In this document: piece by piece, positions 12,151 to 24,200 of the stretch
Position numbering within the stretch: position 1 is the stretch's first letter
Layout: every line of letters starts with the position of its first letter
Origin: Sphaerodactylus townsendi
Taxonomy: Eukaryota
Assembly (NCBI RefSeq): GCF_021028975.2
Contig: NC_059430.1
Coordinates: forward strand, 43,958,001 to 44,022,000
Direction: 5' to 3'
Length of the DNA stretch: 64,000 nucleotides
Position numbers and translations under genes: made by a program
Notes under the pieces: model-generated
Database searches by the model: none
Seen by the model: only the letters and a program-made list of their open reading frames with translations
Told to the model about the DNA's origin: nothing

Positions 12151-13226
12151 CTTCCACAACGTATGCAACACTGAATGATTCAAGAGGGCTTTTCTACACA
12201 GGTGATAGGACTGTACTGCAACAAAAATCCAATCCAGTCTTTTCAGAATTTCAGCCCTGGGCATTTTCAGGCCATCTGTACAGCTATTGACATGACTGGC
12301 AGCAACTTTGAAGTTTCCAGGTGCAATGCTCACACTCACCACGTAGTGGCACCAATATAGCTCGATATAGATTACCTGTAGTCCTCCAAAAGACAATCCA
12401 TTTTGCATTTGAGTTGTGCTCTGAAATTAAGATGAAGAAATATCTTTAGATGGCTTTCCTGTCTGTTTTGAAGAAGAATTGCCATTTGTCTAGGTCCAAA
12501 GTCACAAAGAAACCTCCCCAAACTCAGGGGGTATCATATTTCAGGGAATCATCTGGAAACTGTCCTGATGACACCACCCAAGTTTGGTGAAATTTGGTTC
12601 AGGGGGGCCAAAGTTATGGACCTGGCTCACCAGATTGGATCTGGCTCACCGCTCTTAACCACTACACTACACTGTCTCTCACAGCCAGCTAAACAGCAGT
12701 GATTTTTGGGATAGGTTTGAGTAGGCTCCCACTGGACGAGGGCTGCCGTTTGCTTCGGCCTGGCAGGAGGGAGGCAATGATTCTGGGCTTCTTGATATCT
12801 AACAGGCCGCTGCACTTGACTTCAGCTGTTTCATCCTCTCGTTATCTCAAATTTCAATTGGGAAAGCATGAGGTATTCAGCAAATGAATTAATGTAGCAG
12901 CAAAGTGGTTAAGAAGGTGATCTGTTATTCTCAGTTGAGATACTTCTGTCCCACATCTATCATGAAAAGATAACACTGGCCTGTTTCACTGGACTGTTAT
13001 ATTTTTGGTCGCCTGGAAAATCTCTCTTTCGAATTGAAATGAACATTATTCCCGTCTGAGACACGCTTGTAGTTCATGCCTTTGGCCACGGGAGGGCAGC
13101 AGCAGCGTCCCGAAAGGCTCCCCTGCCAGAAGAGGCGCGGACACTCCACAACCTGGACACGCGACCTCGTGCCCCGACCCCTCCCCCCACCCCACGCCAC
13201 CCTTAGCCTGCCATCATTAGAACGTC

Positions 13227-13313
13227 CATTGCCGTTATAACAGCCATTACCGGCATTGCCGTTATAACGATCGTTATAACGGCAATGGCGGTAATGGCCG
13301 TGGCCATTACCGG
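13227..13313. repeat. nested palindrome array in a CpG island
   Basis: 56-bp spacer-less palindrome 13243-13298 with one mismatch, centred at 13270/13271. A second hairpin overlaps it at 13289-13312. Repeated modules cattgccgttataac and gccattaccgg. Confidence 0.9.
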
Positions 13314-13476
13314 AAAGCTCCGGGGAGCGCCCAACATTCCAGCATCCCCTAAATGAATTTCTCCATTCGGATTTCGGCCGGATTTCCGAGCCGCGCTGCC
13401 GTGCGTGACCACCAGGAGGCGCCCTTTGGCCGGACTTCCCCGGTCAATCGCGCAGCAGCTGCCGCCGGAGGAGCTC

Positions 13477-13623
13477 ATGGCCGGCTTGGGAGCGCGCAGC
13501 GTCCTGTTGACCGGAGCCAACCGGGGCATCGGCGTGGAGCTGGTCCGGCAACTCGTGAGCCAGCCCAACTCTCCGCAATGGGGCTTCGCCTGCAGCCAGG
13601 AACCGGACGGCGAGCGCGGACAG
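13477..13623 (+). pseudogene. orphan first exon of a C-factor/CsgA-like SDR
   Basis: MAGLGARSVLLTGANRGIGVELVRQLVSQPNSPQWGFACSQEPDGERGQ|gtgcgc contains the Rossmann TGxxxGIG motif and a phase-0 donor, inside a CpG island (about 13050-13700). I could not find exons 2 onward downstream. Confidence 0.75.
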
Positions 13624-14429
13624 GTGCGCAGGTCAGGAGAGGCGGCTGAGATGTGTGACCTGTGCGAGTTTACTCGGGAGTAGGAGGATCAACTGCTGTA
13701 AACTGCTGTGCAAACCGGGTCTTATTGTGTTTACGTAGCAATAAGTGCCACTATCGGGTTTATTCCCAGGCATCCCCCAGGGTTTGCCAACTTCCAGGTG
13801 CTGCCTGGAGACCTGCCTATCAATTACCCTGGAGAAAATGGCTGTTTTGGAGGGTGGGTTCAATGGCATTATATACCAACTCTAACCTCCACCCACCCCA
13901 CTTTCTCCTTCCTGCTTGCCAGTACAGAAAGGAGGTCTCTGCAACATAATATCCCCGAGACTGAACATAAAACTGGAGCAGGTTATCATCTGTGGACATA
14001 TGGACCTGACACCCTGCAGGCTGACTCCTGCCCTCCCCAGGTCCTGGGAAGGGCAGGAGCTCGTCTGCAGAGGCCAGTGGCGGGGCTCAGCAGTGGGCGG
14101 TTCAGGCAGCTTGTGTGAGTGCCGCAGTGATAGGTTGGCTCCTGGCCTCCCTGCGGGGGTGGGAGTCAACCTGTGGCCACAGTGACCAACTCATCCAGCA
14201 AGCGGCACCCCGGCAAGGGGGGGAGCCGCCAGTTGCCATCCAGGTCACCGCGCCACAGGACGAAACAGCCTGCGCCCGGGGACATGGGAAACCCCATGTC
14301 CCCGTTAGTGGTATGCCACTTGTAATCTATCACCAAGGTAGGAACAAGTTTATAATATTTTTTTTCAATGAGGGATGCTACTGGCAAGCCAATCTAAGTC
14401 AATAAAAAGCACTCCTCCATTGCTGGCAT

Positions 14430-15430
14430 CTACTTATCTAGATGTAGAGTTTGGTCCAAGCTGGGGGACTGAAGGTGGAGTGTAATCCTCTCTAAAGCAG
14501 GCCATACACCACCACCCAATATGCCCTCAGTCAACAGTACTTCCACTAAAACTAAATTAAGCTTCAGTTTGTTCCTACTGACACAGGCTATCACTGACTC
14601 TAGACACCATTTCATAAGCTCCATTCTCTCTCTAGAATTCAGGAAAGAACGGGGCATCATCAGCTTGTTGGTGATACTGCCCCCCAAGTCTTTGGACAAG
14701 GTCACCTCAATCGTTTAACATAGACAATGCATAACATAGGATATGTGGTATCCTGCCAATTTATACTCTTGGGGCAGACAAGTTGTCTTCCAGCAACCAC
14801 CTTCTGGAATCTTCCCTCCTGGAAGAACCAGAACCATGGTAAAGCAATCACACAGACCACGGCTCCAATTCCAATCCAGCGATATAATCCAGAAAGTTGT
14901 TTTAGAATAAATGAGGACAAATGAACTGAATCCCAACAAGATGAAAGTGCTACTGAAGAGTGAAAGGTCTTGCACAGGATTTAAGGTGTCACTCATTTTG
15001 GATGGATAATGCTATCCTTAAAGGGACAGGTCCACAGGCTCTTGGATATGGAGCTGGATAAGCAGGTGGCAGTTGAGGCTGAAGAACCACTTCCTCCCTT
15101 ATGAACCCACTTGACCACCATAGTAATCTTAGATTAGGCAAGTGGTACCCCAGGAAAGGGCCTTCTCAATTGTGGCATCAAAGTTCTCCCCAGGGAGATT
15201 CATCTGACCCTGTTTCTTGCCATTTTCCACCAGCCAATGAAGACTTCTTTGGTCTTGTTTAGTAATCCCTCCTTCCTGACCAGTTTTGTTTTATATCTTT
15301 GTATGTACATTAGCTCTGTTTTTAATTTTTAATGATGTCGGAGAGTAGTTGGTTTTAAAATGTGATCTTATGTATGTTTTAATTTATTAGCCAACTTGGT
15401 GGCCCTTCCGAGAGCAGAAAAGTAGGATAT
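14430..15430. mobile_element. decayed L2-like LINE fragments in both orientations
   Basis: Minus ORF remnant CLESVIACVSRNKLKLNL. Plus-strand gaactgaatcccaacaagatgaaagtgctactg (LNPxKxEVL-like). A-rich tail aataaataaata at about 15441. Confidence 0.5.
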
Positions 15431-15869
15431 AAATGTTGTGAAATAAATAAATATTATGGTTAATGGTGATGGGCCCCATGAGAATTAAAGCTCTCTCTGT
15501 TCATTTAACAGGTCATCTACTAGGAATGGCCAAAGCTTAAGCTGTCCAAAACATAGTTGAAACCAGACCAAACTAGGTATAAGCTAGTTTATTCTCTGTG
15601 CATAGTGCACAATGCAGTCAAAAGTCAAGGAAGTGAGCTTTGTATGTTTCCTTGAGCCCAGCTTGTAAAAGAAATAATACCTTTTATAAATTAAAAAATA
15701 AGATGTGTGGGAAAAGAACACAGAATACCTTCTAATAGGGACACACTGGTAGATGTTTTAATAAATCTAAAGTCACAGCCTCAGGGCAGAAATACACAAT
15801 TGATAGCAAGGGGTCTGAGAAGTTGTTGTTGCTTCTCTGTGGCGAAGAAGCAGGTTAGGGGTATGATTT

Positions 15870-16086
15870 GGTGGTGGAAAGTGGTGTCAAGTTGCTGCCA
15901 ATTTATGGCAACCCTGCATGATTTTCAAGGCAAGAGATGTTCTGAAGTTGTTTACTGTTGCCTGCTTCTGCATAGCATCTTGGGTATTTCCTGATAGTTT
16001 TCCATTCAAATATTAACCAGGGCTGACTCTACTTAGCTTCCAAAATCTGACAAGATCAAACTAGCCTGTGCCATCCAGCTCAGGGC
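15870..16086 (-). mobile_element. 5S rRNA-derived SINE
   Basis: About 15998-16086 is a diverged reverse complement of 5S rRNA (ccattcaaatattaaccagggctgactctacttagcttccaaaatctgacaagatc), joined to a non-5S tail. Same family as 44940-45120. Confidence 0.6.
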
Positions 16087-16964
16087 CAGAGTATGATGTA
16101 CTATGTAGAAATGGTGGGTGGCAGGAAAATGCTTAGCCCATGGCCACCTGCTCTGTAAGAATTGCTATTTGCTCCACCAGATAAGCTTGCAGTATGCTGG
16201 TGGGGTACATGTATGTTTCCCCAAACAGCAAATAGCGACTTTTCAAGGCCATTCCAGGTTGTGAAAACATTGTAGGCAAAAGGCTTCTGTTCGTTCTCCC
16301 AGTGTGCTATGATCCCAATTCAAATGAAGCCCCTGCATGCCTGGGAATTAAGTTTGAACATGGAACTCCCAGTACACTTCCAGGACTGGTGCAGACTCAG
16401 TGTGGCATATAGTTGGGCCCAATACGTGCCATGCATAATGCAGTGTTAGGCAAATCAAGGAAAAAATGTTTCTATTGATACCATTTTAAATTTGTAATAT
16501 TTGATTGGAACATAACTGACTCAGGAAATAGGTGGCAGTTGTCTCCCATAGCAACAAAAGGTGTGCAATCCTGATGCAGACAGTCATGATTGTCACCGAT
16601 GTTCTCTTCATGCTGGTATCCTGTAGATATCTGTTCCTTTAGACACTGAAGGTGTCTGCAGCTGAGGACAGATCTTTTTATTTATTTATTTATTTATTAG
16701 TTCCACTTTTATACCGCCCTCCCGCAAAGGGCTCAGGACAAAGGGCTTTCAGGACAAGATCTTTCAGGACAGGGACTGATTTCTATCACATCTTCAACAA
16801 GCAGGTACACAATAGTATTAAAGACAGGCTCTGGATTTTTCATCAGGACATAGAAATGAGACACCTCTTCATATAGAGACAGCAGGTGCAGTTCTTGTAG
16901 TTACTAATGATAAAATGTTTGAACAGCACTAATTCCTGATTTTACTGAATCTTTTAAATTATCC

Positions 16965-17212
16965 AGAGACTAGGAGCAGGAGTAATGGGCTCAAGGTGAA
17001 GGAAAAGAGATTCCACTTAAACATCAGGAACAACTTCCTGATAGTAAGGGCTGCTCGACAGTGGAATGCACTACCTCGGAGTGTGGTGGAGTCTCCTTCT
17101 TTGGAGGTTTTTAAACAGAGGCTGGATGGTCATCAGGAGTGCTTTGGTTATATGCTGTTGCATTGCAGGGGGTTGGACATGTGGTCTCTTCCAACTCTAT
17201 GGTTCTATGATA
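16965..17212 (+). mobile_element. CR1 LINE 3' fragment
   Basis: ORF2 C-terminus RFHLNIRNNFLIVRAARQWNALPRSVVESPSLEVFKQRLD followed by a CR1-type tail (ccaactctatggttctatga). Confidence 0.8.
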
Positions 17213-18244
17213 ATTTTGAATTTCACATCCTCTGCACAGCCATTTCTGTAACATACATATTCACCAAACCCACCCAGGACATTTTTTATTCCACCATTCC
17301 TCCAAGGTGCTCAGGACAGTATACTTGGTTACCTATACCCTTTTGATACACTGAAACATAGCTTGATATTTTTCTCTTCAGGAAAATACCACCATTTTTC
17401 ATCAGACACTCTCTGCGGTTAATGAATGCAATCCGAATAATATTACTACTCAGCTTTGTGGGAGGAAAATCTCATAACAAGTTTTTATTGTTCTTGTCAA
17501 GTTTTGAAAGTAAGTAACAAACATCAACTACTTGAACATAGAGAAGAGAAACTGTCTGTTGACCTTCAGATAAATAAGGAACAGACTCCCAAAGAGATAA
17601 ACCCGATTGCTAACCAGTTTTGATTGCCCTGCAGTATTCACTTGTCCTTTTTTGCTTCTGATGTGCCATCTACATCAATAGTGCATACATTAGTAATGAA
17701 TAATATTTATACATTATAAAGTATCAGTAATATTAAGAACAGATAATGCAAAAGGAGATTTTAAAATTTGCTGCTAGGTTGAGAAAAACATCCGATATTC
17801 TCTCTTTAAAGAGCTAAAATGCCCTTTCTTCAGACTATACCACTATCCTTACTGGCCCATATTGAACCCCAAACTGTTACTAGAATCCTGAGGATTTCAG
17901 TGCCCCCCCCCCCTCAATTCTCTAGTAGCTTAAATCAGTATCAAGAATTCTTGTCCACTGCAGAAACCACTATGCAAACAAACATATGGCAGGGGGCGGG
18001 AGGGGGGAGGGAGAGAACACTCAGATTTGGTTATCACATAACTATTTGATTTTATATTTGGAGCAGTTAATTCAAGATATACCATTGTGCAATGGGAATA
18101 ATAATGACAGAATAAGTGCAAGTTATTCATCAGATGTGCCTTGAACTTCTTAGGAGGCCAACAAATAGCATCCTTGCCTGCTGGCTGCACAAAGGAAATA
18201 AGAATTTCCAGGACTCTGAATGCTCATACCTCCCTTGGCTGTTC

Positions 18245-21200
18245 TTACTGAGGCAATACCCTCACATTCCCTTTTATCTTGTACGATAAGATTTTCCAGT
18301 CAAAGATATTTCCCCTGGGAAAGTTATGCATCTGGAAAACATTCTCAATGTCCCGAGACTGCAGTACATAATCCCACATGTAGAGATCTCTTATTTCTCC
18401 CACAAAACGTCGATTCTGCTTCTCAGACATGGTTTGTGCGCTCTGATCCTGTCCAAGCACTGCAGTACCCCCAGGTTGAAGAACGTGTCCCACATTATAT
18501 ATCTTCCTGATACTCGGTTTTCCATTTATCCAAAAGGTTACAAGACCAAACGTGGATTCCCAGGTCACACACAAATGACTCCCAAAAGTGTTGAGGTCAG
18601 GGAGTGCAAATGTCACATTCCGCCCACCCATGTGTAAACCAAAATTACCACTTGATTCACGCAAGATTCGCAGTTCATCATTGGGAGACTGGTAGGAGAA
18701 GAGAATGACTTTGCGTTCACCCAGATGTTCTACAGCCACCCTCATGCATAGTGTGAATTCCATAAGATTCAAAGGCTGCAGTGGGGATATGACAACAAAA
18801 CTAGCCTTTGATTCATTCAGAAAACTCAGTGTTCTGCCTTGGAGACCTGGAAGAGAGAAGATCTTTAGGGTCCTTCCACAAAATCAGTGTTTACTACACT
18901 AAAACACAGTTATTTATCCCATTCTTATGTAGGTCCACATTTCTTCATACTGAACATTCACTGCAGGTTGTGTTTTGTCCCAGTCAAGAATCCGTTATGA
19001 CAGAGTGGCTCTGTGATACAACTGATACTGCCCACAAGGTTCCTATATTCATACACGTATCATGCGGGGTTGCGGTCTCATGATGGGGAAGTGCATTTCC
19101 CACGAGGAGAGGGTGTATGGGAATGGTGCTCTCAGCTGGGCAAAATTATTTTTTTTCAACAAGAGTGCTGGTCTTCACAACCCCAACACAGCATTCTTCC
19201 AGAATTTGCTTAGAGAAAAGATAACCGTAAATAAATCCATAGCACAATTACAACCTTATAAACACAGCAAAAACATTAAGAAGCTGGCATTGCTGAACCG
19301 ATTTAAAAATAATAAATTAGTACAATAGCTAAGCTCTTACCTAAATCAGTTTCACTGTCTCTGACAGGATTCCGTCCTCCATCATGAACTACAAAAAAAG
19401 GGGGAGATTGAGTTTTAAAATCAGATCTATGAACCCCATGTTTTAATTAATTTATTTAGAACATTTTATTTGCCACTTTCCTTCAAGGTGGAGCTCAAGG
19501 CAATTTACAATATGAGCCCTTCGGGGGTAGGGCGGTTTATCAAATCGAATAAATAAATAAGTAAAAATATAGATAAAATACATAAAATAAAAAAACATAA
19601 AACACTAAAATTTAAAATCACAATTTAGGATTGCTAGTAAACTAATAAAATGTGATCCTAAATAAAACTGTCCAACTACCTCCTAAAGATCAGAAGTGAG
19701 GGGGCCAGAGCCAGGGCTCCCAGGTCTCCAACGTTAACTGGTGAATAGTAGAATGGGGGCTTACCAGCAATAAAGAGGCAATAAATGTTGCCAGTGACTT
19801 GGTGATGTCACTTCTGGCATGCGCCAGAAGAGACATCATCACATTGCCAGCAATATGCAGTTTTTTTACCTTAAGAGTTTTTGCCCAAATACCAGAGTGT
19901 CATGCATCAGTGGTGATGTGATAACATCACTTCTGGTGCATGCTGGAAGTGACATTGCTGTGCTGCCTGTGATTCTGGCCTAGGTCTCCCTTTGCTGCTG
20001 GTAAGTCCCCCACCAGCCAGCAGACCTGCACTGGGGAAAAAGGACCTGGGTTGCAAAATCTCCCACCTCTGCCAGGGATCTGGGAATGCTAGGCCAGGCA
20101 TACCTCCTGGGGAAGGTTGTTCCACAACTGTGGGGCTGCCAGTGAGAAGGCTCTCTTGCATGCATTCACAAAACAAGCTTCTTTGATTGATGGAACAGTC
20201 AGGAGGGCTGCTCCCATTCATCTTAATTCTCAGGCAGAAACAAATGGAAGAAGATGGTCTTGCGAGTACACTGATCCCAAGTCACGGAGGGCTTCCCACC
20301 ACAGAACAAAACTGTGGGCACACCGGAGGGGGGGGGGGCTGAGGATGAAATTCCTGGGAGTTGGTGACTGCTGAGGCAGATGGGGCCTCTCTCATCCACC
20401 AGCCATGAACAGGGTGGTATGAAACCCCAACCGCAGTGGTGGGATTCAGCAGGTTCGCACCACTTTGGCAGAACCAGTTGTTAAAATGTTGCTTGTAAAC
20501 AACCAGTCGTTAAATTATTTGAATCCCACCACTGCCCACCCCCAGGAGACTGAGCGAGATTTGATTTAGAGAGCTGATCATTCCCACAGTACTGCATTAT
20601 CCCAACCCAAACAGGAAAAGGAGCTCAGAAAGCATTCTGCATCACTGTGTGGCTTAGGAAGGGGTTAAAATGTCCTAACCTAGTCCTCTTCTAATGTAAA
20701 GGGTGCTTCCACACTGCCCTAGGCTCAGCACATAAGCAACTATATCAGAGGTGGGATCCAACCAGTTCTCACCACTTCTCTAGAACTGGTTACTAATTTT
20801 TTCCGAGTGCCGAGAAGGGGTTACTAAAGCAAACTTCCTTTCCCAATAGGGACTGGAGGTGCGTGTGTGCAGTGGCGCCACTGTTTGAATCCCACCACCA
20901 TCGGAACCTGTTATTAAAATTTTTGGATCCCACCACTGAACTATATGCAAGGATAAGCATGTTCATCTAAAGATTACATCGCTGATGTTATACCCAGTAC
21001 ATTAGCACCTAAGGTGCCGTTCTGCTGGCATAGCAGTAATCACACTGGAGCAGTGGAAGGGGGGCACCAGTGGCCAATTTTCCCTTCATACCACTGACAC
21101 ACACACACCAATCCATGCTTCCCCCCTTTCCTGAGGGCTCCTTGACAACCATAGGTTTTGGGGAGTTGAAATGAGAGGAGATGTAGGGAAGTGTGGCCTT

Positions 21201-24200
21201 CATTCCACTAGCAGTATTTGAGATCAATCCCTTGGGTCCAAAAAGACCAGCCCCAAATGAAAAGCAGAAAACAAGGAGAAAGCATCCAAATATGTTTATT
21301 TTACAACAGTGTCTAAAGCTATATTGGATGGGCCCAGATAAAAGTCTGAGAAAGTGTCAAAGTTAAAATCACTCCTATTTTCATTTCAACTCTCAAATGT
21401 GGTAGAGCACTAGAATCCATTGACTCAGTAAAGTAACACTCAGATTTTTAAAACTACCAACTTTTTTTTTATCTGATGAATTTTGGAACTCTAGTCCTAA
21501 GCATAATCAAACAATGTAGCCTTTCATTTTGTGCTGTTATGTTGAGTTTCATTGTCTAAGGTGTATCAGCTATACTTAAGACCTTTCTAGAAGTACAAAA
21601 ACAAAATCATGTAGTATCTTCAATTAAGAGTAAGCAAAATAACACAAAACTGTGTACAAGATTTTGAGGTCTCCAGAACTCTTAATCGGGCTGGATGTTT
21701 AGTATTTACAAAGCACAAAAAAAATCAGGAAACAGGACAAACTTCATTCCATGGACATCTTGCATCCATCATATACTTTCAGCCTAACCTCCCTCACAGC
21801 GTGGTGGTTGTGAGGATAAAATGGATAAAGCCACTGGAGATAAAAACAGAATATCTTTTTCAGAAAAAGAATGGAGTGCACATTTGCCTTGGTTTTGTGA
21901 AGACAAGAATGGGTATGCCAAACACATCCATTTTATAGCGCAGACATTTTAAAATGAAGCTTGGGAAATCTTTTTTGCAAAAGGTGAAGGGTGGTTGGGG
22001 AATGTTCAAAGAACTGAACATATGTGAGTTATCACATCACCACTGATGCATGACACTCTGGAATTTACCAACCTAGAGTGCTCTTCAAACTTATTTACAA
22101 CTTTGCTGATATACTAGTGTATATACAAGCAGTTTTCATGCTCAAGGCATTTCCCACATATTAAGACCAGTGTATCCCCATACTGTTGTTATGGCATAAG
22201 CATAGCTCAATGGCTCCACAAAGTATGAAGAGCCTGACAAAGGGGGAAAGCCTGACTGTGGGGAAGTCTACCTGTTCTTTTCCAAATTTTTAATTGTAGT
22301 CCCTTTGCCCAGTCCCATGCAAAGCCTGTGGAGTGGAGAAATTGACTAGAAGAGAACACGAACAGCTTCTGTTTTTGGAAATTGTGAGCTAAATAGAATA
22401 GGAGGAGCCCAGAGAGGTGGGTGATTTTCTCAAGGGAAAAAAAATGGAAATGGGAGAATGCAGGTGAGATGAACAGATAATTCTGAATTTTTGTCACCCT
22501 TTTTTAAAGGGCCACATCAATACTCTTTTGGATGTTTAGTTAGGCATGCATCCTTTACAATATTCATTCTTCCCTGCAAATGAAAATGTTCAAAAGTAAC
22601 TGTGGGCTATGAGAAAGAAAGTGTGCTACATATACTCATTGATGGTATGGGCATGGGTACTAACCAATAGCCACCTGAAATTGTTGATGTACATCTATTG
22701 AGGCAGCAATAGTTGCACTTCTCAAGTCGTGTTTTATCATCTCTAGGTTAGCCTGAAAAGGCTGGGGTTGGGAGAAGTTTGAATATGGTGTACAGTATAG
22801 CCTCTGTTCTTTGAAAAGCTATTTATGTGCAGCTCCAGCCTAAGTTTCCATGAAATCAAGTACATTCTACAGTTAGAACTAGATCACTGCTGTGTGTCAC
22901 AATCAAGATCAACAAATTCAGAGATTTCACAGGCAGTGTGTATGGCATATAACTCACAGGAGCCTGTGTACAGCCGTCTGCTCACCTATGTGAAGCCATG
23001 GGTGTCCAAGCACTTGCACTTCACAGAGCGAGAGAAACTCTCTTCTTCCTGGGATAGTAATGGTCACATACTGCCCTTGCATTCCTCCACAGTTAAAGGT
23101 CACTGTTTCCCCAAGATCCATGCTGCTGATGGTGGCACACCTGGCAAGGAGGAAGACCATTATTTAGTTGCAAAGAGCAGAGCACAGCCAAAATACAGCC
23201 TGTATTGGGGTGTGAACCCTACCCAAACTGATGCCAGAATAACCCAGTGCTTTCCAGGTGGTTTCAGAAAGTAGTCAAGATGGTCTGCAGTAGAACAGCT
23301 ACATTTGAATCCAGGAGCATCTCACAGACCAACAAGATTATCAGGATATAAGCTCTCAAGAGTCAAAGCTCCTTTTTCAGATACAAGTCCGCAGGAGATT
23401 TCTGGAATGGATATATATTCTGACTGCGATATAAGGACTCAGAGATCTCCAGTGTGACAAAGTGAACATTGACTCTCTAAAGCTTATACCCCTAGAATTT
23501 TATTGGTCTGTTGCTACTGGACTCGAATCTTGCTGTTAAATTGGACTCTTAGGTCAGTGGTTCAAGCTCTCAGAGAACTCTTTCCACAATAACTCATCTG
23601 AGACAGAACTATAGCCATTGCAGGTTAGAGCACACACTTGGTTCAAGAAGAATGCTAGCTATGCTTGTTGAGCTTTACCATTGCCCACATATGCTGACAG
23701 CACACCCTAAAAAATATCCAGGATTCTCCTTCATTGCGTTGTGCAAGGAAAGCTACTATGCTCTGTCTCACCGAAAGAAAAAACCAAAATTGTAACTTCA
23801 TTTGCCATATGCTGAACTGTCTTTGTTTTAGAAAGCCCCATTTGGATCCTAGTACTTACCTAACAGAACTAGGTAGCTACTAGGACCCAAACAAAGCATT
23901 CTAAAACAAAGATGGTCTAGCACGTGGCAAATGAAGTTATGATTTTGGCTTTTTCATCTGGTGAGACAGAGTTTTAGTGACAAGCAAGTTGTTAATCAGA
24001 TACATCATTGATCTCCCTGCCGAGGAATTCTATATAAGCTCTCAAACAGCTGATGTTTCAAAAGCATTTTCTGTGAACAGATCATATGAAACTTGGAGAA
24101 CTGGATGTGTAGGTGTTCTTTTTAACAGGAGCATGGGACCCCAGTTTGTGAAATACTGAACCCAGAAGATAGGGTTTTTTCCCCCACATTGATCACCCTT

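Noticed and set aside
13227-13313. CRISPR-like repeat array
   Set aside because: Eukaryotic context, no unique spacers, and the units are nested inversions.
13203-13568. ORF with AITAIAVITIVITA repeats
   Set aside because: It is the antisense translation of the palindrome array and the SDR exon.
15998-16086. 5S rRNA gene (also 45065-45120)
   Set aside because: Partial, heavily diverged and fused to a SINE tail shared between copies.
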